From: Octopus sinensis
Lineage: Eukaryota
Direction of reading: 5' to 3'
Length of the DNA stretch: 64,000 bases
Assembly: GCF_006345805.1 (NCBI RefSeq)
Contig: NC_042997.1
Location: 142,104,001 to 142,168,000, forward strand
Part shown: one piece after another, positions 50,691 to 64,000 of the stretch
Numbering within the stretch: the first letter of the stretch is position 1
Layout of the letters: the number at the start of each line of letters is the position of its first letter
The notes under the pieces: model-generated
What the model was told of the DNA's origin: nothing
Database searches by the model: none
What the model saw: the letters and a program-made list of their open reading frames with translations, nothing else
Translations under genes and position numbers: made by a program

Positions 50691-51614
50691 CGTATATATA
50701 TATATATATATGTGCTTATACATAAATGTGTATGCTTATATATAATTTCATGTGGGTAATATACATATATATATATATGTATATATATATTATACGTATG
50801 TATTTATCTCTGTCAATATAAAAATTTTAATGTGATTATATCTTTAAATTCAAACATACATTACGTTAATGCTAAATATTTCTTTTCTGATATAATTTTT
50901 TTCTCTTCTTTCTCCTCCTCCTACTTATCATCATCATCATCATCATCACCACCAAATCCACCATCACCACCGCCACCACCACTACAGAAGGGAAGCATGT
51001 TGTCAGAAACAGTGAAGTGACAGGCTAAAATGTCTTGCATTTATTTTGACTCAGCATTCCTTTCCATTCCATTCCATTTCATTCACTATGTGTCATTGAT
51101 ATAAATACCAGTAATACTCTATGGTTTGGTCCGTTGCAAAATTACGAAATTATGGCCTTGTTTGGCAAGTCTAAAATAACCTTTATTGTTGTTGTTGATG
51201 GCTGCTGATGATGAGGAACTTGTTTGATGTCATTAAATTCAGTTTTTGTGATAGATTTATTTATATGTTATGTGTGGCACCTTGGAGATAGTGTCTTCGA
51301 CTATAACCTCAGGCCAACCAACGCCTTGCAAGTGGTTTTGTTATATGGAAACTGAAAGAAGTCCTTCATATATGTATCTATGTATGTGTATGTATGTCTG
51401 TATATATATATATATATGTATATGTATGTATATATGTATGTATATATTATAAAAGCTCCAAAATATTCTCAGAACTGTTACTCGGAGTTTCATGTTCCTG
51501 TTTGTTGGACACTTATGATGAATGCATAAGTATTTTATGATAAAGCATATTACTCTACCCTTGGTATTTGAGTACTATTTTTCTACATTGTTTTGCACTT
51601 ATGTGCCTACCTGT

Positions 51615-51825
<211 letters not shown>

Positions 51826-52499
51826 TCTGGATGTTAAACGCTGCTGCTGCTGATGATGATGATGATACACACGCAATTTATATAATGTGCAGGTGTGGAT
51901 GTATGTTTGGGAGGCTTGCTTTCCAATCATGTGGTCTTAAGTTCAGTGGATTTGGTAGTTTGGTAGATGGAAACTGAAAGAAGCCTTTTATACGTATGTA
52001 TATTTGTGTGTAGTTGTGCATACTCCTGTCCTGACATCATGTAAAGATTGCAAATGAGCATCATCACCTTACAAGCAATGCTGTTCATTTTCAGTTTTGT
52101 GTGGAAACCATGCCTGTCTAGGGAAATATTGAAAGGAAATGAGGCTAGGTGACAAGTAGGGCATCCAGCCCTAGAAAATGTGCCTTAAATTCCGTCTGAC
52201 TCATGCAAGCATGGAAAATTTGATGTTAAGTGATGATGATGATGATGATGATGATTTGTGTGTGTGTGTGTGTGAACCTCCTCATCTTTATCATCACCTG
52301 ATATTTGTAAATGTCTGTCACCATCATACAAGCAGTGTCATTCATTTCCAATCTTCCATGAAAACATGTCTGGTTTTGAGGAAATATTAACTTGTTTGGA
52401 AATGAATGCAGTTTGGTCAAAGGAAGGACATCCAGCCATAGAAAATCTGCCTCAACAAATTCTTTCTGATCTATGCAAACATGTGAAAATGTGGACATT

Positions 52500-53190
52500 A
52501 TAATTATTTTCTTTTACTTGTTTCAGTCATTAGACTTTGCTGGGACTCCATCTTGAAGAATTTTTAGTTGAATGAATCAGACTCTGTACTTATCCATTTT
52601 TGTAACACTTGGTACTTATTCTATCGGCCTCTTGCCAAACTGCTAAGTTACAGAGATCTAAACAAACCAACGCCAGTTGTCAAGTGGGGGACAAACACAA
52701 AGACACACACACATGCACGCACACACACACACATATGATGATCTTCTTTCAGTTTCTTATTTTTTTAGTGCCCACAAGGAGCTAAACATAGAGGGGACAA
52801 ACAAGGACAGACAAACAGATTAAGTCGATTATATCGACCCCAGTGCGTAACTGGTACTTAATTTATTGACTCCGAAAGGATGAAAGGCAAAGTCGACCTC
52901 GGCGGAATTTGAACTCCGAACGTAACGGCAGACAAAATACCGCTAAGCATTTCGCCCGGCGTGCTAACAATTCTGCCAGCTCGCTGCCTTGTGCAAGCTC
53001 GCCACCTTGTACCAGCTCACCACCTTGTGCCAGCTTGCCGCCTTCAGTTTCTGTCTACCAAATCTTCTCACAAGGCTTTGGTTGGCCTGAGGCTATATAG
53101 TAGAAAACACTTGCCCAAGGTGCCACACAGTGGGACTGAACTCTGAACCATGTGGTTAGGAAGCAAATTTCTTCCCAGGTGGTCACACCT
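52500..53190 (-). mobile_element. CORE-type SINE split by a family-A SINE
   Basis: Tail half 52500-52757 and head half 53043-53190 are collinear with the family. Confidence 0.85.
52758..53044 (-). mobile_element. Family-A SINE with 10-bp TSD and four copies of its 5' 18-mer
   Basis: TSD TTCAGTTTCT at 52748-52757 and 53043-53052; units GCCAGCTCGCTGCCTTGT and variants at 52975-53044. Confidence 0.88.
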
Positions 53191-54111
53191 GTGCCTGTTG
53201 ATGATTTCTGGTTGTATAAAATGATGCAGTATTTATTTTTATGTTCAACATTCATATCCTGCAGTAGTTGCATTGACCTAAGCTCTGTGAAATAAGAGCC
53301 AGTAATATATTGGATCGATTCAATGAGATTATGCTTTGTTTCTGTACAAATTTGTGGTCTTGTGCCAGAGTTAGAAACCATTGTTGTACAATTTGTACAA
53401 TGACCTTTGACAAGACCTTCAACTGCTGCTTGCCTCTGCTTCATACCAAATTAATCAATTTTTATCATCATAACAATAACCATCTCTTTGACTCTCGTCA
53501 TCCTCATGGTTATCATTTATTCTGTGTTAACCTGTATTATTATAATTGTATATTTGTGTACTTTCTCTGATTACAAGTTGTATTTTTGTTGTTATTTAGC
53601 CCTTGGTCAACCTGACTTAAGCTGACCTACCTCAGATCAAGGCTATTTCAGTCATGAACATTGCTTTCTTTTTTCAGCAATAGTATATTGTACCCCAGAT
53701 CATATTATACGATGCATCTTTTTTTATTTACAGATATTTGTGTGTAGTTTGAGAGAGATTTAGCTACTATTTCTAGCAGGTCTAGCAACTATGTAGAGGC
53801 TCCTTTGTTGATGCAACAAGTTGTATATAATGTCTGTATGTGTGTGTACATGTATATGTGTGTGTGTGTGGTTGTGTGACACTTTTGTGCATATCTGTCT
53901 GTAATAGCTAGTAAATCAGTGCATATCTGTTTTACTCAAGTATTTTGAACCCAAGATGAAGCCTCTAGGTGGTTGTTACAGCTACAAGAAATAGCAGTTA
54001 ATTCTTCTCTGAATCACATTTTACATTACATTTTACCATCTTAAAATCAAAAAGGAATACAAAAGACATGACACAATGGATAATATGCTCTGGGGTGCAC
54101 TGTGCCTAGGG

Positions 54112-54332
54112 GAGGAATTTTGACCGTGTTTGTGGTCTGCTACCACAGCAGCTCCTTTATAGGATCCAGTTAGCTCAAGACACCATCAGGAGGAACCACG
54201 TCCGGTTTCGGCCCAATCTCCTCTACCATTTTGACGTGGCGGCCACCCCCCTTTCGGAGGTGTCTTCAGCTCTGGTGCTGGGTGCATGTCTTCTTTCTTC
54301 TGTTCCCTGGCTTCTTTGATGTAGCGTCAACA
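54112..54332 (-). mobile_element. GC-rich, LTR-like fragment inserted in an older repeat
   Basis: Starts TGTTGAC, has TATAAAGG and nested stems; interrupts a repeat family also seen at 53590-53800. No TSD found. Confidence 0.3.
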
Positions 54333-54644
54333 AGTGTCAGAGTGGTCACAGCTGGAATGCCTTTGATTGTAGTTTTCTTGATCAGGGTTGATATAGGGCT
54401 TAACAACCACAACAGTTTATGTATTTTACTAGCCAGAATTTTGTGTAATGATAGAAGTAAGTTTTAAGAATTAGGGCTGCACTAAGGTATGAAAATTAGA
54501 TAGGGAAGGCTATAGGGCTAGGTGCTGTAAACTCCTGTCCTCATGAAGTAAAAAGTTGAGAAATGCCACTCCATACATGCCTACCACTGATACCATCATT
54601 GATTGTATGTGTAGGAGGTATGCTGTGTGTATGATTATCTTTTA

Positions 54645-55272
54645 TCTTCTTATCTTTTACTTGTTTCAGCCATTAGACTGCGGCTATGCACTGCCTTGAA
54701 GAATTTATAGTCGAATGCATCGGTCCCAGTACTTTTATTTGTTTAAGCCTGGTAATTATTCTATTGATCTCTTTTGCCAAACTGCTAAGTTATGGGGGAC
54801 ATAAACACACCAGCACTGATTGTCAAGCGGTGGAGATGGGATACAAACACAGATATACACCCATAGATATATATACTTATGTATATATGATGGACTTCTT
54901 TCAGTTGTCTACCAAATCCATTCACAAGGCTTTGGTTAGCCCAAAGCTATAGTAGAAGACACTTGCCCAAGGTGCCACACAGTGGGACTGAACCTGAAAC
55001 CATGTGGTTGGAAAGCAGGCTTCTTACCACACAGCCACACCTGCGCCTGTATATTAGTTTATCTTTTACTTGTTTCAGTCATCAATGGGCATCACCTTGA
55101 AGAATTTTTAGTCAAATGAATCAATGTAAGACCTTATGTAAGGTCTAGTACTTATTTTTTTAAAACCTGGTACTTACTTATTTTATTAGTCCCTTTTGCT
55201 GAACTGTTAAGTTATGGGGGATATAAACACACCAACACTGATTGTCATGCAGTGATGGGGGACAGACACAAA

Positions 55273-55342
<70 letters not shown>

Positions 55343-55470
55343 CATGATGGGCTTCTTTCAGTTTCTGTCTACCAAATCCATTCACAAGGATTTGGTCAGC
55401 TTTAACCTATAGAAGAACACACTTGCCTAGGATGTCATGCAGTGGCACTGAACCTAGAACCATGTGATTG
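54645..55470 (-). mobile_element. Two head-to-tail CORE-type SINEs
   Basis: Copies at about 54645-55030 and 55060-55470. Confidence 0.85.
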
Positions 55471-55787
55471 AGTGATCCCATTACTCATTTATTTTTTAAC
55501 CCTGGTACGTATTGCTAAGTTGCTGGGACATAAACAAACCATCACTGACTGTTCACAAAGAGTCTAGTTTGACTATGGGTAGTGGAGAGAGGGAACTGAA
55601 AGTATTGGTCTTCTAAAAGCATTCTTTTATCTAGTTATACCTTTCTATGCTGTGAGTTGAAATCCCTCCAATGTGGACTTTACCTTTTATTTTTTTGGAA
55701 GTTGGTATTATATGCACCAGTAACATATTGGAAGTCATTTAATTAACTCTACAGTTATGTGATTCTGTGCCAAAGTTAAAATTCACA

Positions 55788-55828
<41 letters not shown>

Positions 55829-55829
<1 letters not shown>

Positions 55830-56295
55830 GAGTGAGAGAGCAGTTCATGCCATCAAAGTGACACTGGGGTAAAATATACGAAGCCCAATATACCCATCAT
55901 GACTACCCGTCTGATAAGGGCACACCAGGCACATGCATCACAACCATATGTGCGCAACATGGTGATCTCATATCAAGATAAACAGCACATGACCTTGCAG
56001 GTGGGGCCCAGTTAGAATTTTCTTCAGGTTGAGTAGCCCATCCCACTCAAGCGGTCCCTGAATAAGGGTTGTTTAAGGATGTTGAAAGAACCACCCATGT
56101 TTCCAGAGGTGAATTATTCAAACCCCAAAGAATCCCTCTCAACACATGGCTATGATGCTCCCCCACTACTTCTGCTCGTGATCAGAGATGCACATATCGT
56201 CAGCCACTAAGAGACATGCTCAACTGGTTAAGGTCAAACAACTGACAAGCAAATCTATGGTATTGAGCAGAATATTTGCTGTAGCCCATCTTTAA
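55829..56295 (-). mobile_element. Family-E retroposon, 5'-truncated, inside (ATT)n
   Basis: Reverse complement of about 9985-10450; (ATT)n on both sides. Confidence 0.8.
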
Positions 56296-56350
<55 letters not shown>

Positions 56351-57011
56351 GCCTAGATCAATTTGAATAGTGTAAAATGTGTCATAATGCATTGCATCTA
56401 AACAATTTGGGTTGAAGAAACAACAGTACAGGAATTATATCCTGCAATCAATGGACCCATTTGTCCGATCCCAGGCAAAATCAAAATCGTCTCTGTCTCC
56501 ATTGGGACTGATGGCAAAATCCATAAGTAGGCTCAAATTACATTCATGCTTCCATCACAAATAGGTGCAGTTTTTTTTGTTTTTAATCTTTTTTTAAAAA
56601 TCCTTTCCTTCAAACACTTATACATCAGAATATTGAAATCAACAGGAGTGACCATCGTCATCATCATCATCGTTATCATTACATAGCGCAGAGGATTGGT
56701 TGAATCACTGTGTTGCAGTATTCGTTTTGGCTCTTTATGTTTTTGAGTACTGGAGTTGATGTACTTCTCAAATAGCGTTGACCTTTAGCCTAAATTAGAA
56801 GCAATTATTACAACTCAGTCTTATGTCAGCTCTAATTGACTAAATCATAGTCCTTCCAATTAGGATCTCTCCATCTTGTATCGAGAAAGTGTATCTAGGA
56901 CTTTATTAGTCAATTATGTCCTTACTTTTTGTTAGACAGTAGGGTAAGATTTGAGGCATATTTATTTAACTGCTATGTTTAGCAGGTTGATAAATGATGT
57001 AGAGACTTCCT

Positions 57012-57014
<3 letters not shown>

Positions 57015-57043
<29 letters not shown>

Positions 57044-57440
57044 TTAATGTCCGCTTTTCATGCTAGCATGGGTTGGACGATTTTGACTAGGGCTGGCGAA
57101 CAAGCCGGTCGCACCAGGCTCCAATCTTGATCTGGCAGAGTTTCTACAGCCTGATGTCCTTCCTAACGCCAACCACTCCGAGAGTGTAGTGGGTGCTTTT
57201 TACGTGCCACTGGCACGGGGCCAGTCAGGTGGTACTGGCAATGACCTCGCTTGAATCTTTTTACACATGCCACCGACACAGGTGCCAGTAAGGCAACGTT
57301 GGTAACAATTACGCTTGAATGGTGCCTTTTTATGTGCCACCGGCATGGAGCCAGTTGGCTGCTCTGGCAACGACCACGCTTGGATGGTGCTCTTTGCACC
57401 CTACTAGCACGGGCACAAGTGCTAGTAAGGTGACGCTGCT
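57015..57440 (-). mobile_element. RTE-type 3' end with about 4 modules
   Basis: (CAT)n tail and GCCAG..CTGGC modules. Confidence 0.85.
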
Positions 57441-59174
57441 TTGTATTAATTAATGTGGGTTTACTGCTTCCCCTCTGTGGTTATCATCTTTTCATCATTA
57501 ATTTTATGTTTATTTTCACACATAGACATGGCTTCAATATATTCATAATATAGCAGCTCCACATTATGTCTCAGACCCTGCACCATCTCTTATGTAAGGT
57601 CTAGTTTTCTCAGATTTGCATTCACCACTTCTTGCAGGTTTTCCCTGGCTTGTCTCTACTGTACAACTTATGCTCAACTCTGTTGATGCATTGCATCAGG
57701 TTTCCAGCAAACATCATATTTCAGCTTTACATTGCCTTACAAATATGGGTTAAAGAAACAACCACAAGCCAACAAGAGCCTTTATGTAGTTCCTGAACCT
57801 GTTAGAAATAGAAACCATCCTGAAATTACACCTTACCATTTTAAAAAGGGAAGAACACGCTGGATAATGTAGTCCTAGATAGGCAATGCCTGAGAGAATG
57901 ATAGTGGTGGAGTGGGGTAAATTAAAAAAAGTTCTTGGTTTGGTTTGGAGGATGGGGTTATGTCATGGCCTTTATATCCCCCCTCCCAAGACCAATGTGC
58001 CTGGACAACTGTAATAAAAAAAATATACTAGGATGAAATTCCAGACAGGATGATGTCATGAGGAAGGGCTGGGTAAAGTGGTTCATGTGGGGACTGGAGA
58101 GGTGCTTACAAGACTGAGTTGGGAGCAGAGGTAAAGCAATGGAAAGACCAGGAGAGAGTCACTTCCAAGTACAAGCGTGATGGAGTGCAAAATTTCCTTT
58201 TATTTATCGTACCTGTTAATTTAGATGGAGGTTAGGTGTGGTACTAAAATTACCTTTGTCCCCTGTTGCTGGACACCTTTGTTACACCACTGGTTAGAAG
58301 TGCCCATGTGGAAGTGGCACTTGGTTACAAAACTAAGAGTACCTGAAGCCTTTTAGTAGTAGTAGTAGTAGTAGAAAAGACTGAGAGAAGAGATAGAAAA
58401 TTGGAATGTGTTGGTGTACCACTTCATGCCAGTTAGTCAAGCTGCCTTTCTTTATGTGCAGTCTACATTGCCTACATTATAGCTGGAACATCTTTGATTA
58501 GGTGTAGGTCTACTCACTCAGAGCTGACCTGGGGGCTAAAGAACAACAACAACAACAAATCAGCAAATTGAAGGCTTAATTATAATTTGTTTTAACAGTT
58601 CCACAATTGTATATTATTATTTGCATATAATTTAGTTATAAACAATATTGAATTCGGGCTTTCTTTTTTCTTAAGAGTCTAGTTTTTATCTGCAAAAACT
58701 CATATTTATTTATAAGTGCTCAAAAAGGCCATGATAATGTTTTATTTATATTTAATTATAATGGTATTTTTTAAAGTCTAATTATATCTCTACCACTATA
58801 TCTATAATTCATGGTGTTTTGTTTCGTTTCTTTTGAGACATATCTGATGGCAACACTTCAAACAATACAACTGAAGATTAATATTGATAAACACATCTTT
58901 ATCTTTTCTGTTATAATCTGATATAGTTTCTCAGGGTAAGCTAATGAGAAATCTAAAAAGAATGAGCTAGATATATGTTTTGTGGTAAACTTTTTAAATA
59001 TTTTAATTATTTTTTTTTTTAGTATGAGTGATTCAAGAAGATTGGTTGAGGAGTTTTATGTGAAATATTCAACAATATGTTTCCTCATAATCAGACATGT
59101 TTTTCATGGAAGACTGGAAACAAACATCTCTTGCATGACAATGATGGTCATTTACAACAAACAAATAATGTCTG

Positions 59175-59370
59175 GACCAAGGTACACACTCACACACACA
59201 CATGCAATGGGCTGCATTCAGTTTCCATTTCCCAAATTCACTCACAAGGCTTTGGTCAATCTGGTGACTCTATAGTAGAAGAGAGTTGCCCTAGGTCCTG
59301 GACAATGGGACTGAACCCTAGACCACATGGTTGGGAAGCAAGCTTCTTGACCACTCAAATACAGCTGCAC
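59175..59370 (-). mobile_element. CORE-type SINE 5' half, diverged
   Basis: Family match. Confidence 0.7.
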
Positions 59371-59376
59371 ACACAT

Positions 59377-59422
<46 letters not shown>

Positions 59423-59799
59423 TATGTGTATGTATTTCATTGACTTCTTATTTCTTTCATCTTCTTGTGTGTCCATTGGTTATAAAACTGTGGCTTTGTG
59501 ACTGTGCCATTTGCTCACAGTCCACCATCAAAACATGTCCAGGTTTCTTGACAAATCATGACATGTTGCACAATCTTTGTAAACAAAATATTCATTCATA
59601 TGAAGGTGTTTTCAGTTCTCTGTATACATAAACATGTTCAGGCTTATTTTTTTGTTCGATAGACTGTGGCTGGCATCAATGAAGGGTATCTGGTTGTTGA
59701 AAATTCTGCTGTTTGACCCATGCAAGCATGGAAAAGTGGATGTTAAAATGATTATGATAATGATGATGATAATGAAAATAATTTTAAAGTACATTCAAG

Positions 59800-60200
59800 C
59801 GTTGAGCCTCACACTGGGCCTCATGTAGGCAAAGTCGCTGAGTTCCTTTCGAGCGTTAGGCCTCGCAGATGCAATGACCAAAACTTTTGGCATTATGTCG
59901 TGTTTGAGAAGAAGACCCGTCAAGCTGAATTAAATTGCAGTCTTGACAGATACTGGTGTTACATAAATTGGTACCCATGCTGGTGGCATATAAAAGCACC
60001 CTGGTGTCATGCAAATGGCATGCAAAAACACCCATTGCACTCTTGGAGTATTTGGCATTAGGAAGGGTATCCAACTGTAGAAAACCATGCCAAATTAGAC
60101 TGGAGTCTGGTGCAGTCTTCCAGCATGCCAGCTCAGTCAAACTGTCCAATCCATACCAGCATGGACAACAGACGTTAAATTATGATGATGATGATGATGA
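59800..60200 (+). mobile_element. RTE 3' end (42-bp module, ORF end, UTR, (GAT)n)
   Basis: NDQNFWHYVVFEKKTRQAE resembles the RTE ORF2 terminus seen at 38.1 kb. Confidence 0.75.
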
Positions 60201-60276
60201 TTCAATCTGAAAAAAAAAAAGAAAAATGTCATATTGCTTGGTAGGTTTTTACTATGGCGAAGCATAAATTTGCATA

Positions 60277-60833
60277 TGAGTTCTGATCAACAAGCATTGA
60301 GACTGATACGATAAAAAGATGACTAGAACTCATATCAATTCAGGATTCAATTTCTTTTGAGTTAGACCCCTTCTGAAGCCACACTCTTTATCTGGTATTG
60401 TTTCCATTGATGGAAGCATTTCTGGAAGTCCTTTTTTGAGATAGCAAGTAGCTGTCTTGTCACATTCTTTTTGATTTCCTTAACATCTTGAAACCTTGTT
60501 GGAGATCTTCCACTGCAAAGTCTGAGATTTGGTTTTGGAGTCATAGCCTTAGACCCATGGTTTGTCACCTGTTATGCCTTTTCAAAATGCTTTTGTTTTC
60601 TTTGACACAATCAAGGAGATCCTGTGCAGCTGAATCCCATAGTTTTTGAGACAACCACATTCTACACACTTTACTTCCAAGCACTACTATAAGCAACAGA
60701 AGTGAGTGAGGATGTTATAACTTAGTGTGCATGCATGACAGGGTGCAAAGTCAATCTGTGCCAAGCAGCTTCACTCTGTGTACTTTAGCTCCATTACCAT
60801 AGCAACAGACCCAGTAGTTTTGATCAGATCTTG
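60277..60833 (-). mobile_element. Internally deleted mariner retaining both TIRs
   Basis: TA|TGAGTTCTGATCAA..TTGATCAGATCTTG|TG; GDKPWV*GYDSKTKSQTLQW fused to RFQDVKEIKKNVTRQL..FQKCFHQWK. Confidence 0.8.
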
Positions 60834-62539
60834 TGTGGAAAGGAAAATGGATAGTAAAGTCCTGTTTATTTTCAAAATTACAAATTGTTGACTTTCAAAA
60901 CTATAATTACGAACTGGGTACATATATTCCTTTATAGGATGCTTTAAAATACTTTTTTCAAACATATATAATCGACCCTTTATAGCTGGTTTTAATATAC
61001 TCGCTTCCTTAGATTTTGCTTCTTTTTTTGTTGTTGTTTTTTGTCATTTTTTAAAAAAACTTAGCAACTACTGTTAATTCAGTCATCTGTGAAATTAAAA
61101 TGTACTGCTGTGACTGTTTCTTTTTCTCTTTCCTCTAAACGAGAAAAAATGTATATGGGGAATTGAGAAATGTTATGATGATGATGGTAGTGTAACAGTG
61201 ACCGTGGTAGTTGTGATGTTTGTGTCTGTTTAACATGCAATGTTTTCACTTTCACAACATGTACTCTGGTGAAATAGGAAATCATGTGACTGATTTTAGT
61301 CTCTTTGGGACGTTTTTTACGACATAGCTCAACAAACAATACATAAATAAATACACTGTTACTGATAGGTAAGAACCAACAAAAGAAACTAAAAAAAAAA
61401 AAAAAATCATGACTTAAATAAACAGCAAACAATTAATTGAGAACAAAGCTTTAAATTAGCCTATCTTAAATTAGTCTTAAGTTAAAGAAGTAAACAAGTA
61501 TTTATGTACATCTTCAAAGTCTGCAAATACTTCAGATGTTTACATTTTCTGTAGTGAACGAAAAAAAATAATAAAAAATAATTAAAATCAAAAGTGAGCC
61601 TCTTTATGGCTAATTGGATTGAACTATTGATATTTAAATGTTCTGTACTGGTGGCAGGACTACTGTCCTTTGTCTTGTGATTGTCAGGTCTACATCCTAA
61701 TGACTCATCTAATTAAGAGTCTTAATTTTATAGTTTGTTGAGTAGAATAAATAAGCCTTGCCACAGAATTCAAACTGATTGTTATAAAGTTTGGTGTTAT
61801 TGTTTACAAGTTTCTTCATGTTCTTGCTTCGGATGCGAAATATACAGAAAGTTTTTGGTGATTCTTTCTGAAAACATTTATCAACTCGTGTAGCTTTATT
61901 TCATGGCAACTCAGTCTTTTTGTCTTTCCAATTTTATTTTTTAGAACACATTAATTTTATAGGAAAAAAAATCATGAGTTTGTATTCAGGAATAGTTTAA
62001 CTGAAATAAAGATAAAACAATTGATTTTACACTTTTTCTAATGAGAACAGTAACATATTAGTTAGAAAGCTTTATTTAATCTTTTATAATTATAAATTTT
62101 TCAGCTAATCAAAAGCTGTTGTTAAATGAACTGTTAAATATATCAAAAGAACAAAAGAAATATATGAAAATAATTACTAAAGAGGAAATCTTGATAAAAA
62201 TGAAATAGCTTTTATTTTACTCTAGATTTAATTAACCTCCAATTAAGATCTTGAAAGCTATGCTGAATGCTGTGTGTGCTCTCTGCCACTAGGTCAATTA
62301 CTTCATATTTTAAAGAACACCAAACTACTGATATCTTCTATGCTATTTCATTTTTGCTTAATTTTTATCAAAAGTCTTTTAAATTTTTTAATGTTTTTTT
62401 TTCATGTTTTAGTTCCTTTTATTTACACTAGGAATTTTGAAATATCTGCACACTATGAAATGTCTGACTTGAAACATTTTATTTATTTTATTGGGGCTTG
62501 TTAATTTATCCTTTATCTAAAATAATTTCCAACATTGTT

Positions 62540-62870
62540 TTCATTGTGTCACAATCATTTTGTGTAGAAAGACATCTCACAGAGAACATTGTCTTTTGCA
62601 TTATTTTTTTCGCCACAGTATGTGATGGCTTGCTAAGATCATGCACATCGCTCTGCTATTTTGGACTAAATTAAAAAAAAAAAAGAGTAAACAAGATTAG
62701 CAATTGTATGGTCACAAGTTCTAACTTTTCTATTAGCTAGTTGTGCTCTTCTCCTCTTCTCTGTATTTATCTGTTTCATGAACAACATTGCTGAACAGCA
62801 TAAGAATTTCCTGCCAAACCACTATATTTGATGGCATTAATGATGCATGGGCATATTAGATGCTGTCCCC
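62540..62870 (+). pseudogene. Possible hAT/Charlie transposase fragment
   Basis: LFFRHSM*WLAK and TTIFDGINDAWAY weakly resemble LLFHTEVRWLSRG and TIFDxxDAIxAF. Confidence 0.3.
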
Positions 62871-63059
62871 TCACATCTCTCATTTCAGCAGCACATATCC
62901 AGGGGAAAAGGTTTTTATTGAATTAAACATGTGATATAAGTCTAACTTCATACAGAGGATTTGGCTGATTGTTTTGCACCTTTGTTGTAATAAAAGTGAA
63001 ATTCTGTCTGTCTGAGATCTCTGTATCTCAGACTACATTTGCTCTACATAGACATATTT

Positions 63060-63290
63060 ATTTCTTTATTGTCTACAGGGAGCTAAACATAGAGGGGATA
63101 CACTAGTACAAACAAAGGGATTAAGTTGATTACATCGACTTCAGTACGTAACTGGTATTTATTTAATTGACTCCGAAAGGATGAAAGGCATAGTCAACCT
63201 TTGCGGAATTTGAACTCAGAACATAACAGCAGATGAAATACTGCTAAGCATTTCGCCTGATGTGCTAACGTTTCTGCCAGCTCACCGACT
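63060..63290 (-). mobile_element. Family-A SINE (GGAGCTAAACATAGAGGGG tail variant)
   Basis: Matches 52758-52990. Confidence 0.88.
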
Positions 63291-63911
63291 TCCAGCTCTA
63301 CATAGACATATTATACCTTTTTGGAATCAGGATGATCCTGGGATTCAAAATCTGCTCTTCATTTGATTCTTGAACATCCAGCATTCAGATATGATTTAAA
63401 AGCATTTGGGTTGCTACTTTTAGCAGGTAAAGCTTGGTTGGTGTTTGTCACAGGACATCAGAGATAAATGACATTCACTTTGTAAATTTTATCTCGAAAT
63501 AAGAACTTTGGGAGAAATAGGCCAACAGTTGGAATTCTACTTGGGATTGGAACGATAAAATGATTGCATTACAGAATTAATTCTCATGCATCCTTAACCT
63601 CTGATCAAACACCAATGGTGCATATAATCATTATAGACGTATTATAGTCATGCTATTTAACTCTCTTTAGTTTTGGGCCACATAGTGTGGCTTTTAAGCT
63701 ATTTTGAATAAAAAAGTGTTCTTATGCCATCAAATACTGTACATGCCTATAGGTTCCAACTGTCACATAGTTTTTGGATTAAAAAGTTTCTTGTCCAAAT
63801 TGCACCATTTTAGCATCTTCTGACAAGAGGAGTTGCTTTCAGGCTCACCCTCTGCCAACACTGGTGTATCAAGAAGTTCAGTGAAATCCCCCAAACTTTT
63901 CTTCCTACATA

Positions 63912-64000
63912 TTGGTTTCAAATTTTGGCATGAAGCTAGCAATTTCAAGGTAAAGCTAAGTTGATTAAATCTACCCCAGTGCTCAATTGGTTCTTATTTT
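63912..64000 (-). mobile_element. Family-A SINE tail, runs off window end
   Basis: TTGGTTTCAAATTTTGGCA..CCCCAGTGCTCAATTGGTTCTTATTTT. Confidence 0.7.

Noticed and set aside
50040-50759. Longest ORF in the track (239 aa), and similar YI/CV/LSIY ORFs at 11.4, 25.5, 36.4, 41.0, 48.7 and 51.5 kb
   Set aside because: Translations of di- and tetranucleotide microsatellites.
58915-58945. Possible 9-nt micro-exon before CAGG|GTAAGC, and similar isolated splice-like sites at 1585, 14343, 18090 and 46874
   Set aside because: Such sites arise often by chance in AT-rich DNA; no coherent, recognisable reading frame could be assembled.
63300-63910. Protein-like minus-strand readings (for example the 61-aa ORF at 63763-63948)
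   Set aside because: Interrupted by stops, no recognisable motif, and the ORF start lies inside a SINE.

Overview
AT-rich, repeat-saturated animal DNA. The SINE families, (TA)n/(CA)n/(TCTA)n load and RTE (GAT)n tails point to an octopod cephalopod; this is inferred from recall, not from a database search. No intact protein-coding gene, tRNA, rRNA or CRISPR array is visible, and nearly all long ORFs in the track are microsatellite or tandem-repeat read-through. The window is mostly a layered record of mobile DNA. Retroelements: two abundant tRNA-derived SINE families (a CORE-type SINE and a second family here called A), many 5'-truncated RTE 3' ends, an RTE RT fragment, two R4/Dong-type RLE fragments and a Penelope-like RT+GIY-YIG remnant. 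DNA elements: four Tc1/mariner relics, a 2.4-kb Helitron Rep/helicase relic, a non-autonomous Helitron, two Helentron-like elements and several MITEs or foldbacks (hAT, piggyBac-like, long TIRs). Host-gene evidence is limited to one good minus-strand exon candidate (1975-2045) and CpG-retaining, promoter-like tracts (about 9.2-9.6, 32-36.5 and 49.1-50 kb). Most noteworthy: perfect hairpins flanking the candidate exon, a structurally conserved hairpin-module array in RTE 3' UTRs, a pre-miRNA-like hairpin at 39.3 kb, and a fragmented ancient A-rich minisatellite domain. I found no clear-cut new biological system; the findings are hypotheses.
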